From assembly GCA_965238005.1 (NCBI GenBank), contig OZ250165.1:3936001-4000000 (forward strand): DNA of 64,000 bases, written 5' to 3'. Both the position numbers and the translations under genes were made by a program. The stretch's first letter is position 1. The number at the start of each line of letters is the position of its first letter. The notes beneath the pieces are model-generated. The model was not told the origin of the DNA, did not search any database, and saw nothing but the letters and a program-made list of their open reading frames with translations. Source of the stretch: Longimicrobiales bacterium (lineage in GTDB: Bacteria > Gemmatimonadota > Gemmatimonadetes > Longimicrobiales > Gaopeijiaceae). Of the stretch, positions 37,808 through 47,927 are shown piece by piece.

Positions 37808-38812
37808 TCACATGATGTGCTCTTGAACCTCTCCGAAGACACCGTACAGCCAGAGACCCAGTATAATGACACCCAACACGATTCCCATCCACCCCACCCA
37901 CCCGTGCCGGCCCGGCGTGTCGTCCTCGCGTCGATCGAGCAGCGGTACCGCCATCAGGAAGAGGAAGACGGCCGTGGGGCCGAGGACAAGCCCCCATGCT
38001 CCCAGCAGGTTCTCCAGGCCGTACACCCAGAGCACGGGCCAGAAGGGCTTCGTAATCTCCACGCCCGGCACCGCCGGGTAGCCGATCCCCTCCGGGGCCA
38101 GAACGGCCAGGACACCCAACCCCGCGAAGAACAGGAGGCTGTATCCGGTCAAACGCGTGGCATGACCTCGGAATGGTCCTGTCTGCGATGAGTCGGCGTG
38201 AATCCCCAAATGACGGATGAGCCAGAAGTGAAGCGCGATGAGCGCCACGAGCATTAGGGGCAGGAGGCTCGTATGGAGGCTGAAGATCCGCGACAGGAGC
38301 GAGGTGCTCGGCGTGAAGTCGTCGGTGAAGAACGCACCGAAGGCTCCCGTCATGTTGCCACCGGCGACGAAGTGGAGCAGTGCCTCGAACCCCTCTTGAT
38401 CGTATCGCAGAGTGGTTCCTGTCACCACCAGCAGAAAGATGAGGGCGGCCATGAGCACACCGGCCCACCACGTCATCTCCCGGGGCCGCTTGTACGACCG
38501 TCTCCAGAAGACGTAGGCCAGATGGGCGGTCACGGTCACCACCAGGGCACCGGACGCAAGGAAGTGCAGGCTGCGAATCCAATCACCGAGAGGAGCACGA
38601 CTGATGATGTAGAGGATGCTGTCGTGGGCGCCTTGGGTCGTGGGATTGTAGAACTGGGCCATGTACAAGCCCGTGACGATGATCACCACGATGAGGAAGG
38701 CGGTCATCCCCCCGAGCATGTACTTCCAGTCGGCCGTGGACTTCGGTACCTCGTAGTCGAGGGCACCGATGGCAAGACGTTCCTCGAACGCTCCACGCAG
38801 CTTTCCGCTCAC
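37808..38812 (-). CDS. Cytochrome b/b6-family protein (divergent)
   Basis: YMLGG, TGLYMAQFYNP, RSLH..TAHL, PREMTWWAG, LHT..ALHF: four heme His ligands. Confidence 0.88.
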   Translation of the reverse strand: MSGKLRGAFEERLAIGALDYEVPKSTADWKYMLGGMTAFLIVVIIVTGLYMAQFYNPTTQGAHDSILYIISRAPLGDWIRSLHFLASGALVVTVTAHLAYVFWRRSYKRPREMTWWAGVLMAALIFLLVVTGTTLRYDQEGFEALLHFVAGGNMTGAFGAFFTDDFTPSTSLLSRIFSLHTSLLPLMLVALIALHFWLIRHLGIHADSSQTGPFRGHATRLTGYSLLFFAGLGVLAVLAPEGIGYPAVPGVEITKPFWPVLWVYGLENLLGAWGLVLGPTAVFLFLMAVPLLDRREDDTPGRHGWVGWMGIVLGVIILGLWLYGVFGEVQEHIM

Positions 38813-38948
38813 GCGCTCTGGTCTCGATTACAGGGATGCGTCGGGATCTCGTCCCACGACATTGGAGACTAGGCTACGGAGGGGAGGATCGACTAGGCAA
38901 GTCCGACCGTCCGGCGGTGTCGGGTGGAGCTCACCCCCTACACCGCGA

Positions 38949-38981
38949 GAGAGGCCGAAACCACACGGGTCTCGGCCCCTC
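38949..38981 (-). terminator. Hairpin downstream of the 6S-like RNA
   Basis: GAGGGGCCGAGACC-CGTGT-GGTTTCGGCCTCTC on the minus strand; no clear U-tract. Confidence 0.5.
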
Positions 38982-38983
38982 GA

Positions 38984-39134
38984 AGCGTACCAGAGGGGAA
39001 TTATTGAAGCCCAAGGACACTTTTGGTGACTACCCGCTGGGTTCAGCCTTCCCCTCTCGGGGCATGACGTCGACCGGCAGAGTCAGTCCCGGCTTCACGG
39101 GTGTTGGCTCAATAAACGAGCCCCCCAGCACGCC
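38984..39134 (-). ncRNA. ssrS: 6S RNA-like (ssrS)
   Basis: Rod structure: GCGUGCUGGGGGG..UUAUUGAGCC pairs with GGCUUCAAUAA..CCCCUCUGGUACGC; central bubble AACACCCGUGAAGCC / AAAAGUGUCCUUG; GG-GACU/AGUC-A-CC stem; apical CCCC-GAGA-GGGG. Confidence 0.72.
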
Positions 39135-39141
39135 GGTATCG

Positions 39142-39171
39142 AATATAGGCTGGCTTCGGCCTCTCTGTCTA
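39142..39171 (-). promoter_or_regulatory. Sigma70-type promoter for the 6S-like RNA
   Basis: TAGACA-N18-TATATT about 7 nt upstream of the predicted 5' end. Confidence 0.55.
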
Positions 39172-39454
39172 GCTAGAGAATCGGCCCCGCTCGACGAGGC
39201 CCAGGGCGTCGTCGAAATCCTCGACGCCCGCGCTCTTCTGCGCACTTCTTGCCGATTTTGATCAAAACTTCCTGCCGCCCTGCGCCGAATAAACCCCTGG
39301 ATTAGCAGGGTCCTCTGGGCGTAAAGATATATTTCCCAAGAAGTTAGGCATGTTCTCCACAGACGTGCCGCCTACTGCCGATCGAGTCGGCACGGGTCTT
39401 CCATTGGTGACCTCCCGAACGGGCACGAAGAGTCGCTCTGATAAGGCATAGGAC

Positions 39455-39914
39455 ATGAGAACGCGCATACATGCAGATGGCTGGCTGGACGTATCGGACC
39501 GGCGCCGAGTGAGGATGCCCGGGAATCACGAAGTGGCCGTGGACCCGGCACCTGTAGCCGAAGCTCTGGCGTTTCTCCTCTCGCACAGCTTTCCAGGGTA
39601 CCGCAGGGTGATCCGGTCGATGAACGAGGCAGACCGAAAGCTGATCCAGCTCGCGATGTGGGCCAACTCGGTCAACGAGCGCATGGGACTCGTCGATCGG
39701 GTTTGGCGTCGAATCACCGAACCAGCAACCCCCCCCCAACGACCAGGAGCGACCGGAGCTGATCCAGGTGGTGCGGTACGGAAGCGCATGGGCGTACCCC
39801 ATCTACCTGGATGGCTCGGTCACTCGAGTGCTGCCTCACGGTGGAGTAACCGTGCCGGTGAAGGACAAGGAATTCCGGCGCCAGGAGATCCAACTCACGA
39901 TGGACAGCGCGTAA
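39455..39914 (+). pseudogene. Hypothetical protein with +1 frameshift in a C9 tract (39729-39737)
   Basis: Removing one C gives ..ITEPATPPNDQERPELIQVVRYGSAWAYPIYLDGSVTRVLPHGG..MDSA*, far more protein-like than the annotated tail. Confidence 0.65.
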
Positions 39915-40033
39915 TCAGCTACCCGGCTGAGCCCGGCGTGTCGACTTCGTTATTGTGCCGCTGACTCCCTCGAGGCAAGGGCGAATATTGTGGCCGGTGC
40001 GAAGCACGGTGCGTCGGGCGACCAGGTCCGGGC

Positions 40034-41431
40034 CTACCCTTCAGGAAGCCCGGGCTCCGTCATTTTTCGGACGTTGAGCGCCTCGTCCACCTTCTCGGGC
40101 GCCATCAGCTCCCGCTTCTCCACCACCTCGCGGACCGAAAGCCCGTCACGGGCGGCCTCCTTCGCTACCTCAGCGGCCTTGTCGTATCCGATGTAGGGAT
40201 TGAGCGCCGTGGCGATGGACGGGTTCTTCTCGAGAAGCTCCCTGGTCCTCTCCTCGTTTGCTTCGATTCCCGCCACGCATCGGTCCGCGAAGGTCGTGGC
40301 CATGTTCGCCAGGAGTGTCACCGACTCCAGCAGCGCATGGGCCATGACCGGCATCATCACGTTCAGCTCGAAGTTCCCCCGCTGGCCGGCGATGGTCACG
40401 GTCGTGTGGTTCCCCATGACCCGGGCCGCCACCATCATCATGGCTTCGGACATGACGGGGTTCACCTTCCCGGGCATGATGGAGCTCCCCGGCTGAATCG
40501 CGGGGATACGGATCTCGGAGATGCCCGAGGTCGGCCCGCTGGCCAACCATCGTAGATCGTCGGCGATCTTGAAGAAGCTGGTGGCGATCGTGTTCAGCGT
40601 GCCGGCTGCATTGACCACGGCATCTTTGGCGGCCTGGGCCTCGAAGTGGTTCTCGGCCTCACGGAAATCCAGCCCCAGGTCCTCGGATATCCGCGCGATG
40701 GTCTTAGCTGCGAACTCGGGGTGGGTGTTGATCCCCGTGCCCACGGCGGTCCCACCCAAGGCCAGCTCGGCGAGCTCGGCCGAGGCAGCGCGCACCCGCT
40801 CGATACCCTTGGTGAGCTGGTGGGCGTAGCCGCCGAACTGCTGTCCGAGCCGGACGGGTGTGGCGTCCATCAGGTGGGTGCGACCCGACTTGAGCACGTG
40901 ATCGAAGGCCTCCGTCTTGGCCGCCAGGGCGTCCCTCAGGTGGGTGAGCGCGGGGATGAGCTCCCGTTCCATGGCCACCCGGGACGAAATGTGGATTGCC
41001 GAGGGGATGGTGTCGTTCGAAGACTGGCCGAAGTTCACGTGGTCGTTGGGATGCACCCGACCCACCTCCCCGCCGAGGATCTGATCGGCACGGTGCGCCA
41101 CCACTTCATTGGTGTTCATGTTGGTGGAGGTGCCCGATCCCGTCTGATAGATGTCGAGCACGAACTCGTCATCCCACTTCCCGGCCGCCACCTCGTCGGC
41201 CGCCGCCGCGATCGCCTCGGCGGTCTCGGTGTCGAGGGTGCCCAGCTCCAGATTGGTCAGGGCCGCACACTTCTTGATGAGCCCCATGGCCTGGATGAAG
41301 CCCCGGCCGAAGCGCTGCCCGCTGATCGGAAAGTTCTCGAACGCCCTCTGCGTCTGGGCCCCGTACAGCGCATCGCTGGGAACGCGTACCTCCCCCAGGG
41401 AGTCTCGTTCTATGCGATAACCGTCGGACAT
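40034..41431 (-). CDS. fumC: Class II fumarate hydratase
   Basis: GAQTQRA, QTGSGTSTNMN, HPNDHVN, GRTHLMDATP, GSSIMPGKVNP. Confidence 0.95.
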   Translation of the reverse strand: MSDGYRIERDSLGEVRVPSDALYGAQTQRAFENFPISGQRFGRGFIQAMGLIKKCAALTNLELGTLDTETAEAIAAAADEVAAGKWDDEFVLDIYQTGSGTSTNMNTNEVVAHRADQILGGEVGRVHPNDHVNFGQSSNDTIPSAIHISSRVAMERELIPALTHLRDALAAKTEAFDHVLKSGRTHLMDATPVRLGQQFGGYAHQLTKGIERVRAASAELAELALGGTAVGTGINTHPEFAAKTIARISEDLGLDFREAENHFEAQAAKDAVVNAAGTLNTIATSFFKIADDLRWLASGPTSGISEIRIPAIQPGSSIMPGKVNPVMSEAMMMVAARVMGNHTTVTIAGQRGNFELNVMMPVMAHALLESVTLLANMATTFADRCVAGIEANEERTRELLEKNPSIATALNPYIGYDKAAEVAKEAARDGLSVREVVEKRELMAPEKVDEALNVRKMTEPGLPEG

Positions 41432-41530
41432 GCCTGCCTCATGGTCGTGTACGTGGAGATCTCAAGGTCTGGAGTACCCCGATGCCCCCGCATCGCGCCC
41501 CGCAGCCGAGCACCGGCCCGGGCTGGACCA

Positions 41531-42247
41531 TCAGCGCTTGGGTGGCCGGCTGGGCCGCATCTCCACCCGGCTGACCAGAGAGCTGTCGGGATATGAGAGA
41601 AGGTGCAGGGTCGCGGCAGCCACGTCGTCCACGCCCAGGGCCCACTCCCTGCTAGCACCGACCTCGTGATCCGCAAACGTCGTGTTCACACTACCAGGCA
41701 TGATGATGCTCACCCGGATTCCCGAGTGGCGCAGATCCAGCATCATGGCCTCCGTCATGCCCAGCAGACCGAACTTGCTGGCGTTGTAGCCGGTGCCACC
41801 AGCGAAGGAATTCCGGGAGGCGAGGGAGCCGATGTTGATGATCCACCCCTGCGTCGCCGTCAGATGCGGAACCGCGGCCTGCGAACAGCAGAACACCCCC
41901 CGAAGGTTGGTGTCGATCTGGGTCTGCCAGTCGTCGATGGAGAGCTCCTCGATGGAGCCGAAGATCCCGACGCCCGCGTTGTTGACCAGCACGTCCAGAC
42001 GATCCAGCTCCTGAACGGCGGCTCCGATGAGGCGGCCGCACTCGTCCGATCGGCTCACGTCCGCCGGGACTCCCACCACCCGCCCCGAGCCCGAGCCATC
42101 CAGCTCGGCAGCAACGCGCTCCACGTCTCCGGCCGTGCGAGCGCTCACCACCACGTCGGCGCCGGCGGTCGCGAGAGCCTCGGCAATGGCGCGGCCGACA
42201 CCCTTGGTGGCTCCGGTAACGATGCACGCCCTGCCTGCGAGATCCAT
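41531..42247 (-). CDS. SDR family oxidoreductase
   Basis: TGATKGVG, NNAG, YNASKFG. Confidence 0.9.
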   Translation of the reverse strand: MDLAGRACIVTGATKGVGRAIAEALATAGADVVVSARTAGDVERVAAELDGSGSGRVVGVPADVSRSDECGRLIGAAVQELDRLDVLVNNAGVGIFGSIEELSIDDWQTQIDTNLRGVFCCSQAAVPHLTATQGWIINIGSLASRNSFAGGTGYNASKFGLLGMTEAMMLDLRHSGIRVSIIMPGSVNTTFADHEVGASREWALGVDDVAAATLHLLSYPDSSLVSRVEMRPSRPPKR

Positions 42248-42249
42248 CG

Positions 42250-43251
42250 TCAATTCTCCGCGCCGACGGCGGCCGTGACGCTCTCCGCTCCCCCGTGGGC
42301 CAGCCAGCGCTCCGCGTCGAGAGCGGCCATGCAGCCGGTCCCTGCCGCCGTTACGGCCTGCTTGTAGTAGTCGTCCATTGCGTCACCGGCAGCGAACACT
42401 CCGGGCACCGATGTCTCGGTGCGCCACGGCACGGGTGTCTCGATCCATCCGTTGGCCTTGAGCTCCACCTGCTCACCCAGGAACTCCGTGTTGGGTGTGT
42501 GGCCGATGGCCACGAACAGCCCACCCACGTCGAGGCGGCGCTCCTCACCCGTCTGGGTGTCCTGAAGGATCACCCCGGTGATCACGTCGTCGCCCAGGAC
42601 CTCGGTCACCACGTGGTTCCACTCGAAGCGGATCTTCTCTTCGGCGAAGGCTCGATCCTGCATGATCTTCGACGCCCGGAGCTCGTCCCGCCGGTGCACC
42701 ACCACGACCTCTTCGGCGAACTTCGCCATGTATAGGGCGTCCTCCATGGCGCTGTCGCCTCCTCCCACGATAGCAATGACCTGGTCGCGGAAGTGGGGGA
42801 GCGCGCCGTCGCACACGGCGCAGGCCGACACCCCTCCGCCGCTCTGGGCCAGACGCTCCTCGTTTGGAAGCCCGATCCAGCGGGCGTTCGCGCCCGTGGC
42901 AATGATCACCGTGTCGCTCTCGATCTCGGCGCCACCGCTCGTCTTCAGGAGTAAGGGGCGCACCGAGAAATCGACCTCAACGACGTCCTCCGTGACGACC
43001 CGAGTGTCGAAACGGAGCGCCTGGGCCTTGAAGTCCGCCATCATCTCGAACCCCGTGATGCCCTCCGGAAAGCCGGGATAGTTCTCCACCTCCGTGGTAT
43101 ACATCAGCTGTCCGCCGGGGATCATGGTCCTGCTCACGGCGCCCTCGAGAACGAAGGGGCTCAGGCTGGCCCGAGCCGCATAGATCGCGGCGGTCCAGGC
43201 AGCCGGACCCGATCCGATGATGACGACTTGTTCGTGTTGGTGCTCAGACAT
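42250..43251 (-). CDS. trxB: Thioredoxin-disulfide reductase
   Basis: [43 protein letters not shown]. Confidence 0.95.
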   Translation of the reverse strand: MSEHQHEQVVIIGSGPAAWTAAIYAARASLSPFVLEGAVSRTMIPGGQLMYTTEVENYPGFPEGITGFEMMADFKAQALRFDTRVVTEDVVEVDFSVRPLLLKTSGGAEIESDTVIIATGANARWIGLPNEERLAQSGGGVSACAVCDGALPHFRDQVIAIVGGGDSAMEDALYMAKFAEEVVVVHRRDELRASKIMQDRAFAEEKIRFEWNHVVTEVLGDDVITGVILQDTQTGEERRLDVGGLFVAIGHTPNTEFLGEQVELKANGWIETPVPWRTETSVPGVFAAGDAMDDYYKQAVTAAGTGCMAALDAERWLAHGGAESVTAAVGAEN

Positions 43252-43279
43252 GGTTCCATTCTGGGGTGTGCCTTGGCCC

Positions 43280-44287
43280 CTACTTGTCCTTGAAGATAGC
43301 AAGGTTCGTGGAGTGGCCAGGATTCACGCGGGCCTCAGGGTCCAGGTAGTTCACCGCGTTGTTCACGGCAATGGCGGCTTCGGCGTAGCCCGTGGCGATG
43401 AGATCAAGCTTGCCCGGATAGGACACGAGATCGCCGGCAGCGTAGATACCCGGAATCGACGTCTCCATGAGCTGGCTGACCACGATCCTGTTCCCCTCGA
43501 GCTCGAGACCCCACGACTTGATGGGCCCCAGGTCGGGCTTGAATCCCAGCAAGCAGAGCACCGCGTCGACGTCCAGATCGACGTCCTCGTCCGTTCGGTT
43601 GTCGTATATGGTCACGGATTCGACCGCACTGTTGCCGCGGATCTCTCGGACCTCGTAAAAGGTCTTCAGATCGATGTCACCGGCCTCGTGAGCGGCGTGG
43701 AGCTGATCAACCGACGCCTCGTGGGCCCGGAAGGCGTCCCGGCGATGCACCATCGTGAGCCGTGCGGCCCGGTTCTTCAGGCTGAGCGCCCAGTCCAGCG
43801 CGGAGTCGCCACCCCCGACGATGAGGACCTTCTTGCCTAAGTAGTCGTCGGGGTCCTTCACCGCGTAGTAGATGCCCTTGCCGAGCAGATCGTCATACCC
43901 GGGGCACTTGAGGTGACGGGGTTCGAAAGCGCCTTTGCCGCCGGCGATGAGCACGGACCTGCTCCCGTACTCTCGGTTCCGGCACCCTAGTACGAAGTGC
44001 TCTCCGTCCCTCTCCAGGTCGCCGATCTCTTCATCCAGGACCACGTCGGGATCGAACTGGAGTCCCTGGGTGGCCATGTCCCGAGCCAGGTCTTTGGCCA
44101 GGATCTTGGGAATGCCGCCCACGTCGAAGATGTATTTCTCGGGGTAGAGGGCCATGAGCTGGCCCCCCAGCTCGGGGAGGGAGTCGATGATGCGGGTCGA
44201 AATCCCCCTCATCCCCGCGTAGAAGGCGCCGAAGAGGCCGGTGGGTCCGCCTCCGATGATCGTGATGTCCCGTACGTCGTGGTGCAT
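43280..44287 (-). CDS. Ferredoxin-NADP reductase type 2 (YumC-like)
   Basis: [31 protein letters not shown], no CxxC, C-terminal PGHST. Confidence 0.9.
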   Translation of the reverse strand: MHHDVRDITIIGGGPTGLFGAFYAGMRGISTRIIDSLPELGGQLMALYPEKYIFDVGGIPKILAKDLARDMATQGLQFDPDVVLDEEIGDLERDGEHFVLGCRNREYGSRSVLIAGGKGAFEPRHLKCPGYDDLLGKGIYYAVKDPDDYLGKKVLIVGGGDSALDWALSLKNRAARLTMVHRRDAFRAHEASVDQLHAAHEAGDIDLKTFYEVREIRGNSAVESVTIYDNRTDEDVDLDVDAVLCLLGFKPDLGPIKSWGLELEGNRIVVSQLMETSIPGIYAAGDLVSYPGKLDLIATGYAEAAIAVNNAVNYLDPEARVNPGHSTNLAIFKDK

Positions 44288-44440
44288 GGTCTAGATGAGG
44301 GGTCAGATGCAGACGGGTGGCCGTCGGTTCTCGAAGAAGTAGGAGCCTAGAAGTCTAACTTCGGACCAGGGGACCTCCAACCGGACTTCGAGCCATGAAG
44401 GTCGTCGAGGAGACCGGAGTTCCTAGTCCGTTACAGACCA

Positions 44441-45703
44441 CTAGGCCCCTTCTACGGGCCCGGCTGCCCCGCCAGAGAAGAGCTCCGAATCGCGGTACTG
44501 ATCGAGCCCGCGCACGACGAGGAGCTTGACGCCCGCGGCGGCGGGCACGCCCATCAGAAGGCCGACGAATCCGCAGAAGAAACCCCCCACGGACAGGGCA
44601 AGGACGATCCAGACGGGGTGGAGCCCTACGGATTCGCCGACGATCCGCGGGCTGATGAAGCTGCCTTCCAGGATCTGTGTAGAGCCGAACACGGCGGCCA
44701 CTTTGATGAGGGACGTCACCACGTTGCCGCTGACCAGAGCGACGATGATCGCTGGAATGATGCTGAGAACGATCCCCAGGAAGGGAATGAGCCCGAGGAC
44801 GCCGACCAACGCACCCAACAGGAAGGGATAGGGAAACCGGACCACGAAGAGGAGCACGCCCGTGAGGAGCCCGAGAATGACCGCCACGGTGACCTGCCCT
44901 CGTAGGTACTTCGCCAGAAGGGTGTCGTATTCCGTGGCGAAGTCTACGATGGCCGCTTCGCGAGAGCGCGGAAGGATCCCCCGGATCCGGGTGACGATCT
45001 TGTCGTAGTCCCGGAGCAGATAGAAGGTGAGGACAGGCGTGAGGACCACGTACCCGGCCAGCGTCGCCGCCGATCCGAGTCCCCTGCCGAGGCCCAGAAC
45101 GCTCGCCCACGCTCCGCTCGCCAAGCTCAAGCGCCGCTCCTGCAGGAAGGTCACGACCCGCCCGGGATCGAGGGTGCGGAGGTCCGGGAGGGACCCCTCG
45201 TCCAGGCCGGGGATGTTGGCGAGGAGGATCCGCTCCCGTAGCGCGCTGACCCATCCGCCCACTCGATCCAGGAGCGTGGGGGCCGCCTCGATAAGCTGGT
45301 CCACCTGTACGATCAAAGCCGGGATCCCGAAGAGCACCAGAACCACACCGAGGCCCACCACGGGCAGAGAAAGAATCACGATACCCAGCGTGCGGCCGAC
45401 GCCGCGACCCTCGAGGCCGTCCACCAGCGGATCCAGCACGTATGCCAGGACGAAGCCCAGGACGAAGGGCGCCAGCAAGAAGCCCGTGGTAGCGAGCAGC
45501 CAGTAGAGTGTGAGGATAGCGGCCACGAAGACGAGCAGCCCATGCCCCTGTACGCCCCGGAACGGGAGCAGGACCACCACCAGGATCCAAAAGAGAAGGA
45601 AGGGGTTCAGCAGGCCCCAGACGCTGAACAGGAAAAGGCCGAGTACCAGTAGGGCTGCGACGGCTTGAGCCACCCTCCAGACGGACTGCGCGCTGGTCGT
45701 CAT
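44441..45703 (-). CDS. AI-2E family transporter (PerM-like)
   Basis: PFVLG..LAYVLDP, YLRGQ, LIPFLG, SPRIVGESVGLHP. Confidence 0.9.
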   Translation of the reverse strand: MTTSAQSVWRVAQAVAALLVLGLFLFSVWGLLNPFLLFWILVVVLLPFRGVQGHGLLVFVAAILTLYWLLATTGFLLAPFVLGFVLAYVLDPLVDGLEGRGVGRTLGIVILSLPVVGLGVVLVLFGIPALIVQVDQLIEAAPTLLDRVGGWVSALRERILLANIPGLDEGSLPDLRTLDPGRVVTFLQERRLSLASGAWASVLGLGRGLGSAATLAGYVVLTPVLTFYLLRDYDKIVTRIRGILPRSREAAIVDFATEYDTLLAKYLRGQVTVAVILGLLTGVLLFVVRFPYPFLLGALVGVLGLIPFLGIVLSIIPAIIVALVSGNVVTSLIKVAAVFGSTQILEGSFISPRIVGESVGLHPVWIVLALSVGGFFCGFVGLLMGVPAAAGVKLLVVRGLDQYRDSELFSGGAAGPVEGA

Positions 45704-46152
45704 ATCATGCCGGTCACTTCATCCGATTCGAGGACTTCCGCCGCCCTTTCCACTACCTGGCGCGCGTTGTCATAGGCTACCGTCGTGATGGCCTCCCGCA
45801 CGGGCAGCCACAGGCACTCGGTGATTCCCTCCTTTACCTCGGGCTCGGTGTCTCCGTCCCTGGAGGCCATGAAGAAATATTCACAGAACTTATGGATCAG
45901 ATCGCCCTTCAGCCGAAAGTACCAATCGATGGTTCCCAGGGACGGGCCCAACTCGAGCTGGTCGAGCCCCGTCTCCTCGCTGACCTCGCGAACGGCCGCC
46001 TCTTCCGGGCTCTCTTCACCCTCGAGATGGCCCTTGGGCAATCCCCACTTGCCGTAGGGATCCTTGATGAGCAGGAAGTGCACCGAGTCCCCGATGCGGC
46101 GCGCCACCACGCCGCCGGAGCTGCGCTCTGTCCTCGCCCGGGGCCTCGCCAT
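45700..46152 (-). CDS. NUDIX hydrolase
   Basis: PKGHLEGEESPEEAAVREVSEETG Nudix box. Confidence 0.92.
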   Translation of the reverse strand: MARPRARTERSSGGVVARRIGDSVHFLLIKDPYGKWGLPKGHLEGEESPEEAAVREVSEETGLDQLELGPSLGTIDWYFRLKGDLIHKFCEYFFMASRDGDTEPEVKEGITECLWLPVREAITTVAYDNARQVVERAAEVLESDEVTGMI

Positions 46153-46170
46153 CGATTCCGTGGTAACCGG

Positions 46171-47181
46171 TTAGAAGATGGAGAGTCGCACGTACTTGCG
46201 CGGATTCGCCCGGAGATCCTGCATGAGGAGGTTGAGCTCCTCCAGCAGATCCTCGGCTCGAATCGCCAACGCCGTGTCGGAGATGAGCCGGCCCAGTGAT
46301 CCCTCTCCCCTCTCCACCCTTGCCGTGATGCGGCTCAGGGCCAACATGGTCGAGTCGGCGAGAGCCAGAGTCTCGGTGAGACTCGTCGACGCGGAGGAGA
46401 CCTCGCCGGACACCCCCCTCAGGTCGGTCGTGATGACCCGTGCATTGGCGATGATGGAGTCCACGTCCCCGGAGGAGAGCACGCCATCGATGCGCTCCAG
46501 GGAACTCCGAGCGTGCGTCAGCGCCGCGGCGATCTCCCTGGTAGACGTCCTGACCTCGTCGGCGATGCCGGTGAACTGGGCCGACTGCTCGTCGACCACG
46601 TCGCGTAGGGTGGAGGTGAGCTTCTGCATGTTGTCGATGGCCTGAGCGAGCTGATCGGCAGATTCGTCGCTGAAAGCACGATCGAAGCGATCAGTGAGGG
46701 ATGCCAGGTTCTGGGCCACCTCGTCGGCGACCGCCGTCAGGCGCGAGAGGTCGGGGAGCGTATAGCCGCCCAGCACGCGGATCCCGGCCTGGAATCGCGC
46801 GTCGGCCGGGACCTCGTAGAAATCGAAGCGGGGAAAGCGGGATCGCGTAACGATCTCGGCCTGCCAGTCCCCGAACATGGACTCGGGCGCGATGACGACC
46901 ACGGCGTCCTGCTCGAGGATCCAGTCTCCCTCGAGCAGAAGCTCGATCCGCACGGCGGCGCGGCTGGGGTCGACGGTGATGTCGCCCACCCGCCCGATGC
47001 TCACCCCCCTGAACTTAACCCCGTTTCCGACAGCGAGCTGACCCGCGTCCCGTATCAGAACGTGGATCTCCGTCTGCGTGCGGCCGAAGCGCGTGCCCTT
47101 CAGCCAAAGTGTGCCGAAGACCCCGACGAACAGTCCCATAAGCACCACCGAGCCCACAAGCAGCTCCCGGCGGCGGGTCAC
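46171..47181 (-). CDS. MCE/MlaD family protein
   Basis: N-terminal TM, AGQL..G..V.FRGV.IG.V, helical tail, GEGSLGRL, NPRKY. Confidence 0.88.
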   Translation of the reverse strand: MTRRRELLVGSVVLMGLFVGVFGTLWLKGTRFGRTQTEIHVLIRDAGQLAVGNGVKFRGVSIGRVGDITVDPSRAAVRIELLLEGDWILEQDAVVVIAPESMFGDWQAEIVTRSRFPRFDFYEVPADARFQAGIRVLGGYTLPDLSRLTAVADEVAQNLASLTDRFDRAFSDESADQLAQAIDNMQKLTSTLRDVVDEQSAQFTGIADEVRTSTREIAAALTHARSSLERIDGVLSSGDVDSIIANARVITTDLRGVSGEVSSASTSLTETLALADSTMLALSRITARVERGEGSLGRLISDTALAIRAEDLLEELNLLMQDLRANPRKYVRLSIF

Positions 47182-47927
47182 TGCACGGACTCCATCAACT
47201 CCGGCCGTCCCTCGATGAACGCCTTAAGGAGCGGATCGGCAGACTCGCGGATCTCGCCCACGGTACCGATGGTGCGGAGGCAACCGTCGTGGAGCATTGC
47301 GATCCGGTCGGAGATGCGGTAGGCGCTCTCCATATCGTGTGTGATGACGATGCCGGTCACACCCAACTCCTCGCTCATCCGAATGATGAGCCGGTCGATG
47401 ATGGTCACGGTGATCGGATCGAGCCCGGTCGTCGGCTCATCGTACAACAGGTACTTGGGCCGCGTCGCGATGGCCCGGGCCAGGCCCGCCCTCTTCACCA
47501 TACCCCCCGAAAGCTCTGATGGGTAGCGCCCCTCGACCCCCTGGAGATCGACCAGCGCGAGGCACTCACCCACCCGGGCTCGGATCTCCTCCTCGTACAT
47601 GTCGGGGATGCGCCGGAGCCCCATGGCCACGTTGTCGGCGATGGTCATGGAGTCGAAGAGGGCCGCGAATTGGAAGACGTATCCCACCGTCCGACGCAGC
47701 TCAGCGAGATCATCCCCCTCGAGCTCGGCCACGTTCTGCCCGTCGACCCAGACCTCGCCACGATCCGGCTGGATGAGCCGCAACACGTGCTTGAGCGTGA
47801 CGGACTTCCCGGCCCCCGAGGCTCCAATGATGCTCAACGTCTCACCGTCGAGGACCTCCAGGGAGAACCCCCGGAGAATCTCCTTCGGCCCGAACGCCTT
47901 GTAGACGTCCTTGAGTTGGATGCTCAA
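47178..47927 (-). CDS. mlaF: MlaF-like ABC ATP-binding protein
   Basis: GASGAGKS, FQFAALFDS, LSGGMVKRAGLARA, YDEPTTGLDP; TTG start overlaps the mlaE stop. Confidence 0.88.
   Translation of the reverse strand: MSIQLKDVYKAFGPKEILRGFSLEVLDGETLSIIGASGAGKSVTLKHVLRLIQPDRGEVWVDGQNVAELEGDDLAELRRTVGYVFQFAALFDSMTIADNVAMGLRRIPDMYEEEIRARVGECLALVDLQGVEGRYPSELSGGMVKRAGLARAIATRPKYLLYDEPTTGLDPITVTIIDRLIIRMSEELGVTGIVITHDMESAYRISDRIAMLHDGCLRTIGTVGEIRESADPLLKAFIEGRPELMESVQ

Noticed and set aside
39030..39468. Short minus-strand ORFs 39030..39245 and 39262..39468
   Set aside because: No motifs or RBS; the region is better explained by the 6S-like RNA and divergent promoters.
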